DNA from: an uncultured Gemmatimonadaceae bacterium
GTDB taxonomy: Bacteria > Gemmatimonadota > Gemmatimonadetes > Gemmatimonadales > Gemmatimonadaceae
Length of the DNA: 64,000 bases
NCBI GenBank assembly: GCA_963781585.1
Contig: CAWAGQ010000017.1
Span: 18,469-82,468, forward strand
Reading direction: 5' to 3'
Shown in pieces: positions 8,759 to 19,449 of the stretch. The position numbers and the translations under genes were made by a program. How positions within the stretch are numbered: the stretch's first letter is position 1; each line of letters opens with the position of its first letter. The notes under the pieces were generated by a model. It saw nothing but the letters and a program-made list of their open reading frames with translations, did not search any database and was not told where the DNA came from.

Positions 8759-11227
8759 CTACGCCTCCCGCAGTGCGCTCCCCGGGTGGACGCGTGTGGC
8801 CCGTCGCGCGGGTACGCAGGTCGCGACCACGGCGGTCACGAGGATGATGAGCGACACCAGCAGGTACGTCGGCGGGTCCGTCGGCGTGACCCCGAACAGG
8901 AGGTCGCGCATGATGCGCGTCAGGGCGAGTGCGCCGAGCAGGCCCGCCACGACACCCACGCCGACGATGGCAACGACCTCCCGGCCGAGCAGCCGCAGGA
9001 TGCGGGCGTCGTCGGCGCCGAGCGCCATGCGGATGCCGATCTCCCGGCGGCGCTGATTCACCCAGTATGCGATGACACCGTACACACCGACTGCCGAAAG
9101 AATCAGGGCGAAAGCGGCAAACGTCGCCAGCACGATCATCGAGAGTCTGCGGCGCGCCAGGGAGTCCTGCAGCCGTTGCTCCATCGTACTCACGTCGTAC
9201 GCCGGGAGATCGGGATCGAGCTGCGCCACCTGGCGCAGCACCGCGCTCAGCGCGGCGCGATGGTCGAGGCCAGGGCGTGTGCGAACCACAACGAACCGGC
9301 TGGCGATTCGATATTGCTCCACGGGGAAGTAGACCGTAATAGGCGGCTGGGCGCTGAGTTCATACTCGCGCGCATTGTCAACCACGCCGACCACCGTGCG
9401 CCACGGCCCGTCGCTCCCCTGACGCAGCCGCTTGCCGAGCGGACTGTCATGCGGCCAGAAGCGGGCCGCGAGATTGTCGTCCACGATCGCGACCGGTGGT
9501 GCGCTCCGGTTGTCCGTGTCGATGAATGCCCGACCCTGCAACAGCGGGATGCCCATCGTGCGCAGGTAGTCGGCACTGATGTACGCACTGCTGGTGATGA
9601 TCCGCTCGTCGCTGGGCGCGCGGGGCACGTACCCCTCGATGGAGATCGGCTCCCACGCCAGCGCGACGGAACTGAGCGGAAGCTGATAATTGGTGCCGAT
9701 GCTCACTACGCCGGGCAAGCCGCGCACTTCGTGCTCGAGGCGGTCGAAGAAGAGCGAGACCGACTCCGGAGTGTTGTATCGCGCGGCCGGCAGCGTGAGG
9801 CGAAACGACAGGACGTTCCCGGGATCGAATCCGGGGTTCGCCCGCGTGATACGCTGGTAGCTGCGAATCAACAGGCCGGCGCCGAGCAGCACGATCACGG
9901 ATAGTGCGACTTCGGCGACGATCAGGAGGCGTCGGCCATTGGTGTGACGGCCCGCCAGGTCCGACGAGCCCCGCCCGCCGCCACGGAGGACGGTGTTGGG
10001 GTCGGCACGCGCGGCGCGGAGGGCGGGTCCGAGGCCAAAAAGAAGTGGGGTGACCAGCGAGACGACACCCGTGAACGCGAGCAGGGGGCCGTCGAGGCGA
10101 ATGTCGGCGGCGCGCGGGACGTTCGCCGGCTCGAAGAACCGAAGTGTCGTGATGCCCAGCAGACCAATCGCGAGTCCGACCAGGGCGCCCGCCAGCGAGA
10201 GCACCAGCGACTCGGTAACCAGCTGCCGCACGAGCTGTCCGCGTCGCGCGCCGACCGCCGCGCGAATTGCCAGCTCCCGCTCTCGCACGGTCGCGCGGGC
10301 CAGGAGAAGGTTCGCCACGTTGCCGCACGCGATGAGCAGGACGAGCGCGACGGCGCCAAGGAGCACGTACAACGTCATCCGCAGATCGCCAACCACCTGA
10401 TCCAGCAGCGGCACGATGGAAATCGTGAGACCGCCGGTTTCAGGGTACATCGCCGGATACTGCAGCCGCATGCGTGCCGCGATGGCGTCCATTTCGGATT
10501 GCGCGTGCGCGACCGTTACGCCGGGCTTGAGCCTGGCGAACACGTTGAAGTCTTCGCCGTTGCGATTGGCGCGAGCCGATGCCGGGAGCGGCAAGGGGAG
10601 GATCAGATCGGTGCGCTGAATGCCGTTGACCGCCGGCATGACCTCCCTGCCGAAGACGAACGCGCGGGACGTAACGCCGACGATGGTAAAGGGAAGGTCG
10701 TTGAGGACGATCCGCCTGCCGATGATAGCGGGGTCGCTTCCGAAGCGACGCACCCAGAACCCGTGGGTGAGGACCACGGCGCGCTCACCGCCCGGGGTGT
10801 CGTCGTCAGCCGAGAAAACGCGTCCGAGCCCAGGCTGCGCGCCGAAGAGTGGAAAGAACGACGATGAGACGCGGATGCCATCGACGCGTTCCGGTGGGCC
10901 GTCGCCGGTCATGTTGAAGCTGGCGCCGATCGCCGCGGCCGTGCGCTCGAAGACTGTGTTCTCGAGGGCGATGTCGAGATACTGCCCCGTGGAAAGCCAG
11001 TCCTGCTGCACGTTCAGGCGGGGAGACCGCTGCCAGAGAATGCCGAGACGATCGGGCTCGGGGTACGGCAGCGGCCGAAGGAGGAGTGCGTTGGCCACGC
11101 TGAAGACGGCCGTGTTCGCGCCGAACGCGATGGCCAGCGACAGCACCGCCGCGGCGGTGAAAGTCGGCGAACCTCCGATCTGCCGGATGGCCTGCTTCAG
11201 ATCCTGGCGCCAGGCATCCACGGTCAT
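8759..11227 (-). CDS. ADOP-type duplicated ABC permease (MacB/FtsX family)
   Basis: QDLKQAIR, GANTAVFSV, LLIACGNVANLLLAR, RRREIGIRMALGA and PARRATRV motifs. Confidence 0.92.
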   Translation of the reverse strand: MTVDAWRQDLKQAIRQIGGSPTFTAAAVLSLAIAFGANTAVFSVANALLLRPLPYPEPDRLGILWQRSPRLNVQQDWLSTGQYLDIALENTVFERTAAAIGASFNMTGDGPPERVDGIRVSSSFFPLFGAQPGLGRVFSADDDTPGGERAVVLTHGFWVRRFGSDPAIIGRRIVLNDLPFTIVGVTSRAFVFGREVMPAVNGIQRTDLILPLPLPASARANRNGEDFNVFARLKPGVTVAHAQSEMDAIAARMRLQYPAMYPETGGLTISIVPLLDQVVGDLRMTLYVLLGAVALVLLIACGNVANLLLARATVRERELAIRAAVGARRGQLVRQLVTESLVLSLAGALVGLAIGLLGITTLRFFEPANVPRAADIRLDGPLLAFTGVVSLVTPLLFGLGPALRAARADPNTVLRGGGRGSSDLAGRHTNGRRLLIVAEVALSVIVLLGAGLLIRSYQRITRANPGFDPGNVLSFRLTLPAARYNTPESVSLFFDRLEHEVRGLPGVVSIGTNYQLPLSSVALAWEPISIEGYVPRAPSDERIITSSAYISADYLRTMGIPLLQGRAFIDTDNRSAPPVAIVDDNLAARFWPHDSPLGKRLRQGSDGPWRTVVGVVDNAREYELSAQPPITVYFPVEQYRIASRFVVVRTRPGLDHRAALSAVLRQVAQLDPDLPAYDVSTMEQRLQDSLARRRLSMIVLATFAAFALILSAVGVYGVIAYWVNQRRREIGIRMALGADDARILRLLGREVVAIVGVGVVAGLLGALALTRIMRDLLFGVTPTDPPTYLLVSLIILVTAVVATCVPARRATRVHPGSALREA

Positions 11228-11306
11228 CTGTGCCCAGCGCCGAGGCGGCTTCTCACGCGGCTCCACTGCTCGGGGTGGGCGGCGGCGAGGCGTCCGAACG
11301 GCGCGG

Positions 11307-13883
11307 TCAACGCATGCCCCGGACGTCGAAAATGTGCGACACGTACTCGGCCCGGAGGTAGGCGTACGCACGCGGGTCGTCAGCCATCGTGATGTCGAGA
11401 ATCGTGATCAGCGCCGACCGCGCGGTAGGCAGAATCGACAGTACCTCCGTCCGTTGACCGGTTGCCAGGTCCAGCCGGTCCACGCGCGGAGGATTCTCGT
11501 TCGCGCCCGTGATCCAGAGCCCCCGCCCGTCCGGCGTCCAACGGATGATCACGTCCGCAGAGCTGAGTTTCGGCACCGGCCGGGCTGGCGAACCGCTCAG
11601 GGCGTAGATGCTGTATGCGTCGGCCGAGGCCGTAAGCACCGATGTGCCGTCCGGGGCGATGAAGCCCTGGTTGGTGCCTTCCGGCGTCAGCGCGCGGAGC
11701 GGCCCGTCGCCCAGCGGCCGGACGTAGCAGCGGGTAGCGTGTCCCTGTTCGTTGCCGCAGACGAGCAGCGAATTCCCATCAGGGAAGAACTGCGCATCGG
11801 TATATGATTCGAGTTCGCCGTGATCAAGACGGCGCGGCTGGCCCGGTCCGGTCGGATAGAGCATCAACTGCTGGGGCGTCGTTGGCACGCTGGCGAGGAC
11901 CCAACGCTTGTCCGCCGACAGCGCTCGCACGGCTCCCTCTCCCAGACGCACCGCAGGCGATCCGTCCGTTTTTCGGACCATCACGGCATAGTTGGCGCCG
12001 GCATCGGCTGACTCGTCTCCGAACGCAAGCAATTCGCCGTCCAGCGAGAGATGTGGGCCCTGTGAATTGTCGAGCCAGGACAGATCGCGCTCAGAGCTTG
12101 CGCCGGGGCCCTTCACCATCAGCCGGAAGAACAAGTCGTCTCGCGTGAGCAGCCAGCGACCGGAGGCCGATACATCCTGCACTGTCACCGTGCCCGCGCT
12201 TGGGAGCACGAGGTGGGCCCGCCCGTCGAGTGTCACCGCATGAACCTGATAGAACCCGCCCTCGAGCGCGGCGCCGAAAATGATGCGCTGGCCGTCGGGC
12301 ATCCAGGCCAGGCCTTCCAGGCCCCAGTAGCCCTGGGTGAGCATCCGGTGGGCGCCTTTCAGATCGACCACCGCGACGCCGCCGCGGTCGTCATACCGCA
12401 AGGGGTGTTCGAGAAACGCGATTTGGTCTCCCGACGGTGAGAACCGCAGGTCGGAGAGATACCCGGTCGATTCGTAGATCACCGTTCCGATCGGGTACTC
12501 GAGCCGATCCTTCCCGTTCACGTCGTGGATGATCGCCAGGTCGGATCCGTCGGGCGCCCAGTCCGCTTCGCGAACAGCCGCGAGAATCTCGCGCGGCGCG
12601 CCGCCGCCCATCGGCATGCGGGCCAGCGTTCCAGTGAAGAGGCGGTGCCCCAGGTAGGCAGCGTGCACGAGCACGGCCATCTCGTCGTGAGAGGACACGG
12701 ACAGGAGATGCATTGCCGGTTGGCCGACCGGGCGAGGCTCCGGATAGTCCGGCCGGATGACGAAGAGGCTGGGAACGCTGCCCTGGGCAGCGGCGCTATA
12801 GACGATCGTCTCCCCATCGCGGGAGAACCGGGCCGTGAACACCGCCTCGGTGGTAAATGTCCGCTGCGTGAACGACACCTGATCCAGGGCGGCACCGGCG
12901 CTGGAGCCGCCGACGAGAAATCCGAGCAGGCCGACGCGCACACCGGCTGCCGCGACGGCGACGCCCGATATCAGTCCTCCAATGAGCGCCCACCTCCAGC
13001 CCGACCCGCGGCGCAGGGGGGTCGGCCCCGTCAGTGCGGCGGTGGCGAACGACGGGTTCTTCAACGCCTCGGCGAAATCCCTGGCGCTGTCGAACCGGTC
13101 GGCGGGGAGCTTCTCCAGCGCCTTGGTGATGGCGGCCGTCACGTTCGCCGGCACGGATTTGCGCAGGGTGGTGACCGCGGGCACCGGCTCGGTGAGGATC
13201 TTCATGATGATCTGCTGTGCCGAGCCGCCGCTGTGTGGCGGTTCCCCCGCGAGCATCTCGTAGAGCACGCTCGCAAGTGAATAGATGTCGGAGCGCGCGG
13301 TGATCTCCTTCTCGGCGGTGGCCTGCTCCGGGCTCATGTAGTGGGGCGTGCCTAACGAGAGGCCGGTTTCGGTCATCCGGCCACCGGCCGCCGCGCTGAC
13401 CGCGAGGGCGATTCCAAAATCGGCGACCATCGGCCGCCCGTCGTGCAGGAGGATGTTCTCCGGCTTGATGTCGCGGTGGATCACACCGTGGCGGTGGGCG
13501 TAATCCAGCGCGTCGGCCACCTCGGTGGTGATGCTCACCGCCTGGTCGATGCCGAGTTGCGTTTCGCGGGTGAGCTTGCTCCGCAGTGTCTCGCCTTCGA
13601 TGTACGGCATCACGTAGAACAGGAAGCCGTCGGCGGTGCCGGAATCGAACAGCGGCAGGATGTGCGGGTGCTGCAGCGATGCGGTCGTCTTGATCTCCAC
13701 CACGAACCGCTCGGCGCCCAGCACGGCGGCGAGTTCCGGCTTCAGAACCTTGAGGGCGACCTTGCGGTCGTGCTTGAGGTCATGGGCGAGGTAGACCGTG
13801 GCCATGCCGCCGGTACCCAACTCCCGCTCGATGCGGTATCGGTCCGCGAGGGCGGCGGCGAGGCGTTCTGTCTGGGAGGTCAC
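11307..13883 (-). CDS. Ser/Thr protein kinase with PD40/TolB-like beta-propeller
   Basis: Complete kinase motifs, a TM helix, and repeated FSPSG/WAPDG/WMPDG blades; GTG start. Confidence 0.93.
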   Translation of the reverse strand: MTSQTERLAAALADRYRIERELGTGGMATVYLAHDLKHDRKVALKVLKPELAAVLGAERFVVEIKTTASLQHPHILPLFDSGTADGFLFYVMPYIEGETLRSKLTRETQLGIDQAVSITTEVADALDYAHRHGVIHRDIKPENILLHDGRPMVADFGIALAVSAAAGGRMTETGLSLGTPHYMSPEQATAEKEITARSDIYSLASVLYEMLAGEPPHSGGSAQQIIMKILTEPVPAVTTLRKSVPANVTAAITKALEKLPADRFDSARDFAEALKNPSFATAALTGPTPLRRGSGWRWALIGGLISGVAVAAAGVRVGLLGFLVGGSSAGAALDQVSFTQRTFTTEAVFTARFSRDGETIVYSAAAQGSVPSLFVIRPDYPEPRPVGQPAMHLLSVSSHDEMAVLVHAAYLGHRLFTGTLARMPMGGGAPREILAAVREADWAPDGSDLAIIHDVNGKDRLEYPIGTVIYESTGYLSDLRFSPSGDQIAFLEHPLRYDDRGGVAVVDLKGAHRMLTQGYWGLEGLAWMPDGQRIIFGAALEGGFYQVHAVTLDGRAHLVLPSAGTVTVQDVSASGRWLLTRDDLFFRLMVKGPGASSERDLSWLDNSQGPHLSLDGELLAFGDESADAGANYAVMVRKTDGSPAVRLGEGAVRALSADKRWVLASVPTTPQQLMLYPTGPGQPRRLDHGELESYTDAQFFPDGNSLLVCGNEQGHATRCYVRPLGDGPLRALTPEGTNQGFIAPDGTSVLTASADAYSIYALSGSPARPVPKLSSADVIIRWTPDGRGLWITGANENPPRVDRLDLATGQRTEVLSILPTARSALITILDITMADDPRAYAYLRAEYVSHIFDVRGMR

Positions 13884-14393
13884 GGCCTCGAAGATGTCGT
13901 CTGACGGGCTCGGCCGCGAGTCTGCCGACTCGCTGGCGCCCGGCAGGCGATCGGTTGGTCCGGTCTGCCGTTCGATACCGGGGCTCGCGTGCAAATATGG
14001 GACGGCCGGCCGGTTCGCGGCAGCAGGCGCTCCTGAGCGGAAGACGTCAGCAGTCGTCAGTGTTTCTGCCGATGGAGGCCGGGAGCGCCGAACCTCCGGG
14101 ATCGTTAGGTGACAGGCGCGTGCAGGAGGTGCGACTGAAACGCACCGTGGCGGCCCACGCTACGCGTGCTACCTTGCGACGGGTGCATTCGGCACGCAGG
14201 TATCCGACACCGAGACGGCCGTCGGCGCCGGCACCACGCGGATCAGGCCGCTGTCCGACTCGAGTTCAGACCGCGCCCTCAATGCACTCCGGTCGGCTCT
14301 CCACGGGAGTTCGGTTCTGCGACCGGCCTTTCGCTCATGCGTTACGTGAGGGGCCCGGACATCAACCAGCGAATTACAGGCGAGGAATTCATC

Positions 14394-16622
14394 ATGGCGA
14401 TACGGAAGCAGCTCACGACCAGCATCAGCGCCAACGAGGTGGTCTTTCCGGATACGAGGATCGTGATCAAATCACGCGCGTCGCTGGATCCGCAGTCCGC
14501 GCAGGGTGGCATTGTGGTCCACGGTGTGAGGGGAGGGGTCAAGATCTCCGGTGCGGGGAGAGTCGCGAGATGGTCGCCCGAAAAACCGCTCCCGCCCGGC
14601 CATCACGTCCTGCTGATCGGCGGGCTCCTGACGGCGAAGGGCCGCGGGGTCCCCGACGAGATTGTGATTCCGTTCTACGTCACCGACTCGGTAGCGCAGG
14701 TGCCGCGCAGTGTGCGCGTCGAGAGCATCACGCGCCTGCGCGTGAAGGAGCTGCAGACCGAGCGTGTCCACTCCGACCGCCGCCCGCCAGGGAAGTACAT
14801 CGAACTCATGAAGGCCTCGAACAGGAAGACGGGCGCTCCCGTTGAGCTCGCGTTCGATCAATCGGGACGTCCGATCGATGCGAACAGGATCTTCCGGCGG
14901 ATGCAGCGCGCTCACCTGCGCAAGTTCGGCAAGCTGCACGAAGCACTGCATGCGCGACTGCGAAAGGCCGGGCCGAGAACACGCATCCCGGTGGCGCTGT
15001 GGCTCCGTTCCGAAGAGGCACTGGCGCTGAGCGCCAAGAAGGAGACCGGAGCAACGAAGCGCCCCAGCCCGGAGATACGCGCGCGAGGCAAAGCGATTGC
15101 CGGTGTGGTGCGCGCTTTCGCGTCGCGACACGAGGAGCGTTATCCCAGGCGCAGGTTTCAGGCCGATCCGCACGCGCCTGCGGTGTACGCCGAGCTCACG
15201 CCATCGGAGATCGGGGCGATCGTGAAGCGGCGCGACGTGGTGGGAGCGTTTCTGCACGAGCGCGAGGGCATCGAGGACCTCGTCAACTCCATCGGCATTG
15301 CGAACTCCGACGACGCGCACGCGCTTGGCTTCGACGGGACGGGGGTGAAGGTTGCCGTCTGGGAGGATGGTCCCGACAACACCTCGAATCTCTCGATTAC
15401 GGCGTCGTACAAGAGCTCGGGGTTCGCCACGTCGCAGCATGCGAGGCACACCCACGGCATCGTGAAGAACATCGAGAGCGGGAAGCCGCACGGCCACGCG
15501 CCGGCGTGCGCGCTGCATTCAGCCAACAGCAAGGATCTCGACGCGCTGCGTTGGGCCGCGCGGGACAAGGGGTGCACCGTCATCAGCCAGAGCTTTCACC
15601 GGTCGAGCGAGCCTGGCTCGGCCACCATGTCCTACGACGACATCTACAAGGACTGGCTGGCGCTGCAGTGGCCCTTCCCGACGATCTGCCAGGCGGCGGG
15701 GAACTACTGGCAAGGCGACCCGGACAATATCCAGCCGCCGAGCGCCGAGTACGTGAACCACAAGGGCTACAACGGGCTCACTGTCGGCAACCACGACGAT
15801 ACCGCCGCGGCGATGTCGGGCGATTCGGTGTTCAGAAATCCCTCCAGCGCGCACGGCGATCGTGAGCTGCCGGAGATTGCGGCGAACGGGACGTCGGTCA
15901 CGACTGTCGGGCTGACGATGAGCGGAACGAGCATGGCATCGCCAGCAGCCGCCGGATGCGCGGCAGAGATTCAGAACGCCGCCCCGACCCTGAAATCGTG
16001 GCCTGAAGGGTGTCGCGCGATCCTGCTCGCCGGGGCGAAGCGCAACATTGCGGGGAGTACGTGGTGGCAGGATGTGACTGCTGGCGTCGATGCATCCGAC
16101 GGGACCGGGGCGGTGGACGCCCTGGAGGGGGTCGAGATCGCGAGGCAGCGCCGGTGGCGCAACGCCGCCGGGACCGCCAGAGGGTGGGACGTCGGTACGC
16201 TTCGCTCGGCGAACATCGGCAGCAACCAACGAACGACCTTCTCGTACTTCGTGACGCTGGGGCGCAGCGTCTTCGCGCCACGCCACGTGAAAGTGGCGCT
16301 CGCGTGGGACAGCCGGATTACGACGCTGTCGTTCTTCGGGATCGAGCTGCCGCTGTCGTCGCGGCTCACGGTCGACCTCGACCTGCAGATCTTCGACAGT
16401 CGCGGTGTGCAGGTCGGATACAGCGGGTCGTGGGACAACAGCTACGAGATCGCGGAGTTCACCGGCACACCGGGCGAGACCTACACGATCAAGATCCGGC
16501 GCTGGTCAGGCACCGACGACGTGTGGTATGGCGTAGCGTGGACTGTCACCGGAGGGTTGTTCTGGGTCGACGTCACGCGGGCAACCGCCATCCAGCAGCT
16601 GCTCGCGAGTCGATCCCGCTAG
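14394..16622 (+). CDS. S8 (subtilisin-like) serine peptidase with N-terminal extension and C-terminal beta-sandwich (PPC-like) domain
   Basis: GVKVAVWEDG, HARHTHG, AAGN and SGTSMASP motifs; GAGG upstream of the ATG. Confidence 0.85.
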   Translation: MAIRKQLTTSISANEVVFPDTRIVIKSRASLDPQSAQGGIVVHGVRGGVKISGAGRVARWSPEKPLPPGHHVLLIGGLLTAKGRGVPDEIVIPFYVTDSVAQVPRSVRVESITRLRVKELQTERVHSDRRPPGKYIELMKASNRKTGAPVELAFDQSGRPIDANRIFRRMQRAHLRKFGKLHEALHARLRKAGPRTRIPVALWLRSEEALALSAKKETGATKRPSPEIRARGKAIAGVVRAFASRHEERYPRRRFQADPHAPAVYAELTPSEIGAIVKRRDVVGAFLHEREGIEDLVNSIGIANSDDAHALGFDGTGVKVAVWEDGPDNTSNLSITASYKSSGFATSQHARHTHGIVKNIESGKPHGHAPACALHSANSKDLDALRWAARDKGCTVISQSFHRSSEPGSATMSYDDIYKDWLALQWPFPTICQAAGNYWQGDPDNIQPPSAEYVNHKGYNGLTVGNHDDTAAAMSGDSVFRNPSSAHGDRELPEIAANGTSVTTVGLTMSGTSMASPAAAGCAAEIQNAAPTLKSWPEGCRAILLAGAKRNIAGSTWWQDVTAGVDASDGTGAVDALEGVEIARQRRWRNAAGTARGWDVGTLRSANIGSNQRTTFSYFVTLGRSVFAPRHVKVALAWDSRITTLSFFGIELPLSSRLTVDLDLQIFDSRGVQVGYSGSWDNSYEIAEFTGTPGETYTIKIRRWSGTDDVWYGVAWTVTGGLFWVDVTRATAIQQLLASRSR

Positions 16623-16653
16623 GGCCTCCCGTCAGATCTTTGTTCTGCTCGCC

Positions 16654-17754
16654 GTGAACGTCCGCGACCAACTCTCCTGGCGTCTCGCCCTCCTCGCCTG
16701 CGCATTGACGCTGGCCGCGGGCGCCAGCGCGGTTGCGCAACCCGCACGCTCGGGGAATCCGATCCTCCCCGGCTGGTACGCCGACCCGGAAGCCCACGTC
16801 TTCGACGGTCAGTACTGGATCTATTCCACCTACTCGGCGCCGTACGAGCAGCAGACCTTCATGGATGCGTTCTCGTCCCGGGACCTCATCATGTGGGCGA
16901 AGCACGCACACGTGCTCGACGTGAAGAACGTCTCGTGGGCCCGCCGCGCGGTCTGGGCGCCGTCGATCGTGGAGAAGGACGGCTGGTACTACCTGTTCTT
17001 CGGCGCGAACGACATCCAGAACGATCAGCAGGTGGGCGGGATCGGCGTCGCGCGCGCGCGCGGACCCGAGGGACCATTCGTCGATTACCTCGGCAAACCG
17101 CTGATCGACAAGTTCCACAACGGCGCGCAGCCGATCGATCAGATGGTGTTCAGGGACCGTGACGGCACGTACTACATCGTCTATGGCGGGTGGCGGCACT
17201 GCAACATCGCGAAACTCAACAGCGACTTCACGGGATTCGTTCCGTTCCCCGACGGCAGCACGTTCCGGGAGATCACTCCGAGCGGATACGTGGAAGGCGC
17301 GTTCATGCTGCTCAGGGACGGCAAGTACTATTTCATGTGGTCGGAGGGAGGCTGGACGGGGCCGAACTACGCGGTCGCGTACGCAATCGGGTCGTCACCG
17401 TTGGGTCCATTCGAACGGATCGGCAAGATACTCCAGCAGGATTCCAGCGTGGCCACGGGGGCGGGGCATCATTCGGTGCTGCACTCGCCGGCCACGGACA
17501 AGTGGTACATCGTCTACCACCGCCGGCCGCTGGGCGAAACGGATCGCAATCACCGGGTGGTGAGCATCGACGAGCTGCACTTCGACGACCGCGGGTTCAT
17601 CCTTCCCGTGAAGATCACCAACGCGGGCGTGGAGGCGGATCCACTCTCCACGGGGGTGCGGCCCAGGCTATCGCCTGGGCGCACGACCGCGATCCGCGAT
17701 TCCGCTTCCAGTCCGGTCATGGGAAGGGCAGGTCCGAGCCCATTGTGGCGGTGA
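16654..17754 (+). CDS. Glycoside hydrolase family 43, secreted
   Basis: Signal peptide; NPILPGWYADP, WAPS, IDQMVF, YVEG and GHHS motifs. Confidence 0.92.
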   Translation: MNVRDQLSWRLALLACALTLAAGASAVAQPARSGNPILPGWYADPEAHVFDGQYWIYSTYSAPYEQQTFMDAFSSRDLIMWAKHAHVLDVKNVSWARRAVWAPSIVEKDGWYYLFFGANDIQNDQQVGGIGVARARGPEGPFVDYLGKPLIDKFHNGAQPIDQMVFRDRDGTYYIVYGGWRHCNIAKLNSDFTGFVPFPDGSTFREITPSGYVEGAFMLLRDGKYYFMWSEGGWTGPNYAVAYAIGSSPLGPFERIGKILQQDSSVATGAGHHSVLHSPATDKWYIVYHRRPLGETDRNHRVVSIDELHFDDRGFILPVKITNAGVEADPLSTGVRPRLSPGRTTAIRDSASSPVMGRAGPSPLWR

Positions 17755-17812
17755 CGCATTGCATCGCGCCGGCGGCGCGCATTTCTTTGGGACCCCAACC
17801 CATCGGCAGACC

Positions 17813-19345
17813 ATGGACTCGACGATTCTCGACGCAGCGCGGGCCGCGTTTCCCACCTCGGATGCGACCATCACGTTAGGTGCGGTCGTCCACGAGGGTG
17901 AATGCCACGCCGAGCCGGTGGTCCGGATCCCGCTGGCGATGATGAATCGCCATGGCGTGATTGCCGGCGCCACCGGGACCGGCAAGACCAAGTCGCTGCA
18001 GCTCATCGCGGAGCAGCTGTCCGCTGCGGGCGTGCCGGTCTTTCTCGCGGACCTCAAGGGCGATCTGTCCGGAATCGGCGTGCCCGGCGACGCCAACGAC
18101 AAGATCGCCGCCCGAGCCCGCGACACCGGCTACGACTGGCGTCCGAATGCCTTTCCCGTGGAATTCCTCAGTCTCACCGGAGCCAAAGGCGCGCAACTGC
18201 GGGCCACCGTGTCATCGTTCGGGCCCCTGCTTCTGGCCAGAGTGCTCGACCTGAACGAGACCCAGGCCAGTGTGCTGAGCCTCGTCTTCAAGTACTGCGA
18301 CGATCAGGGGCTCCTGCTGCTCGACCTGAGCGATCTGCGTTCCGTGCTGCAGTATCTCTCGGGCGATGGCGCCGCCGAGCTCAAGGACTATGGCGGGATG
18401 TCCAAGGCGACCGTTGGCGTGCTGCTCCGCGAGATGGTCGAGCTGGAGCAACAGGGCGCCGGCGCATTCTTCGGCGAGCCCGCGTTCGACCTCAACGATC
18501 TCATTCAATGCGAGCGTGACGGACGCGGGGTCGTGAGCGTGCTCGAGCTCGTCGACGTCCAGGATCGCCCCGCGCTGTTCAGCACTTTCATGTTGTGGAT
18601 GCTGGCGTCGTTGTACAACGAACTCCCGGAGGTGGGCGACCTTCCCAGGCCCAAGCTGGTCTTCTTCTTCGACGAGGCGCATCTGCTGTTCGAGCACGCC
18701 GGGAAGGCGCTGCTCGACGAGATCGAGCACGTCGTCCGGCTCATCCGGTCGAAGGGTGTCGGCGTCTTCTTCGTCACGCAGAGCCCCAGGGACGTCCCCG
18801 AGACGGTGCTCGGTCAGCTCGGGAATCGCGTGCAGCACGCACTCCGCGCCTTCACGCCCGACGACGAGAAGAACCTGAACGCGGCGGCGCGTACCTTTCC
18901 GCGCACCGGGTTCTACGACGTTCCGACGACGTTGACGTCGTTAGGCATCGGCGAAGCGCTGGTGGTCACCCTCACGGAACGCGGTACCCCGACGCCCCCG
19001 TTCGCCACCCGGATGATCCCGCCCCAGTCGCGGATGGGCCCGCTCACCGACGCCGAGCTCGCGCAGCGCCTGCAGACGCCGCAGGTGCGCAAGTACGCTC
19101 AGGCGGTGGATCGCGAGAGTGCCCGCGAGATGCTGGTGGCCCGGCATGCCGCGGTCGCCGACCCCCCGCCGCCCGGGTCGGCGCCGAGGACGGCGCGGGG
19201 CCAGGTCCCGGTGGGTGCGCTCGACCAGATCCTGGGTTCCTCCATTACCCGGAGCGTCGTGCGCACCGCAGCCGTGGCGGTCACGGGTACGCTCGTTCGC
19301 GGCGTGCTGGGCGCGTTGCTGGGTGGGAGCCGGCGCCGGCGATAG
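17813..19345 (+). CDS. HerA-like ATPase (DUF853/YjgR family)
   Basis: NRHGVIAGATGTGKT, DLKGDLSG, FFFDEAH, IRSKGVG and QLGNRVQHALRAFTP motifs. Confidence 0.92.
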   Translation: MDSTILDAARAAFPTSDATITLGAVVHEGECHAEPVVRIPLAMMNRHGVIAGATGTGKTKSLQLIAEQLSAAGVPVFLADLKGDLSGIGVPGDANDKIAARARDTGYDWRPNAFPVEFLSLTGAKGAQLRATVSSFGPLLLARVLDLNETQASVLSLVFKYCDDQGLLLLDLSDLRSVLQYLSGDGAAELKDYGGMSKATVGVLLREMVELEQQGAGAFFGEPAFDLNDLIQCERDGRGVVSVLELVDVQDRPALFSTFMLWMLASLYNELPEVGDLPRPKLVFFFDEAHLLFEHAGKALLDEIEHVVRLIRSKGVGVFFVTQSPRDVPETVLGQLGNRVQHALRAFTPDDEKNLNAAARTFPRTGFYDVPTTLTSLGIGEALVVTLTERGTPTPPFATRMIPPQSRMGPLTDAELAQRLQTPQVRKYAQAVDRESAREMLVARHAAVADPPPPGSAPRTARGQVPVGALDQILGSSITRSVVRTAAVAVTGTLVRGVLGALLGGSRRRR

Positions 19346-19362
19346 GAGATCGGACCACTCGC

Positions 19363-19449
19363 ATGCCGCACCGCGAATCACACCGCACCGAACACGTGGC
19401 CTCGCTGAGGGCGGCGGTGGTCGGGCGGCTTTTCGGAGCAGCCGCCTGG
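19363..19449 (+). pseudogene. Internally deleted remnant of a VIT1/CCC1 iron/manganese transporter
   Basis: Translates MPHRESHRTEHVASLRAAV|VGRLFGAAA, which resembles the VIT1 N-terminus (H.E.HR....WLRAAV) joined directly to a VIT1-like C-terminus (VG.LFG). Confidence 0.6.

Noticed and set aside
13884..14393. Long intergenic regions (also 20129-20403, 24195-24547, 60853-61218) as possible ncRNA or riboswitch
   Set aside because: No recognisable RNA motif by eye; an Rfam/Infernal scan would be needed.
17813..19345. HerA-based defence system
   Set aside because: Motifs match the widespread DUF853/YjgR family, and no NurA, SIR2 or nuclease partner is adjacent.
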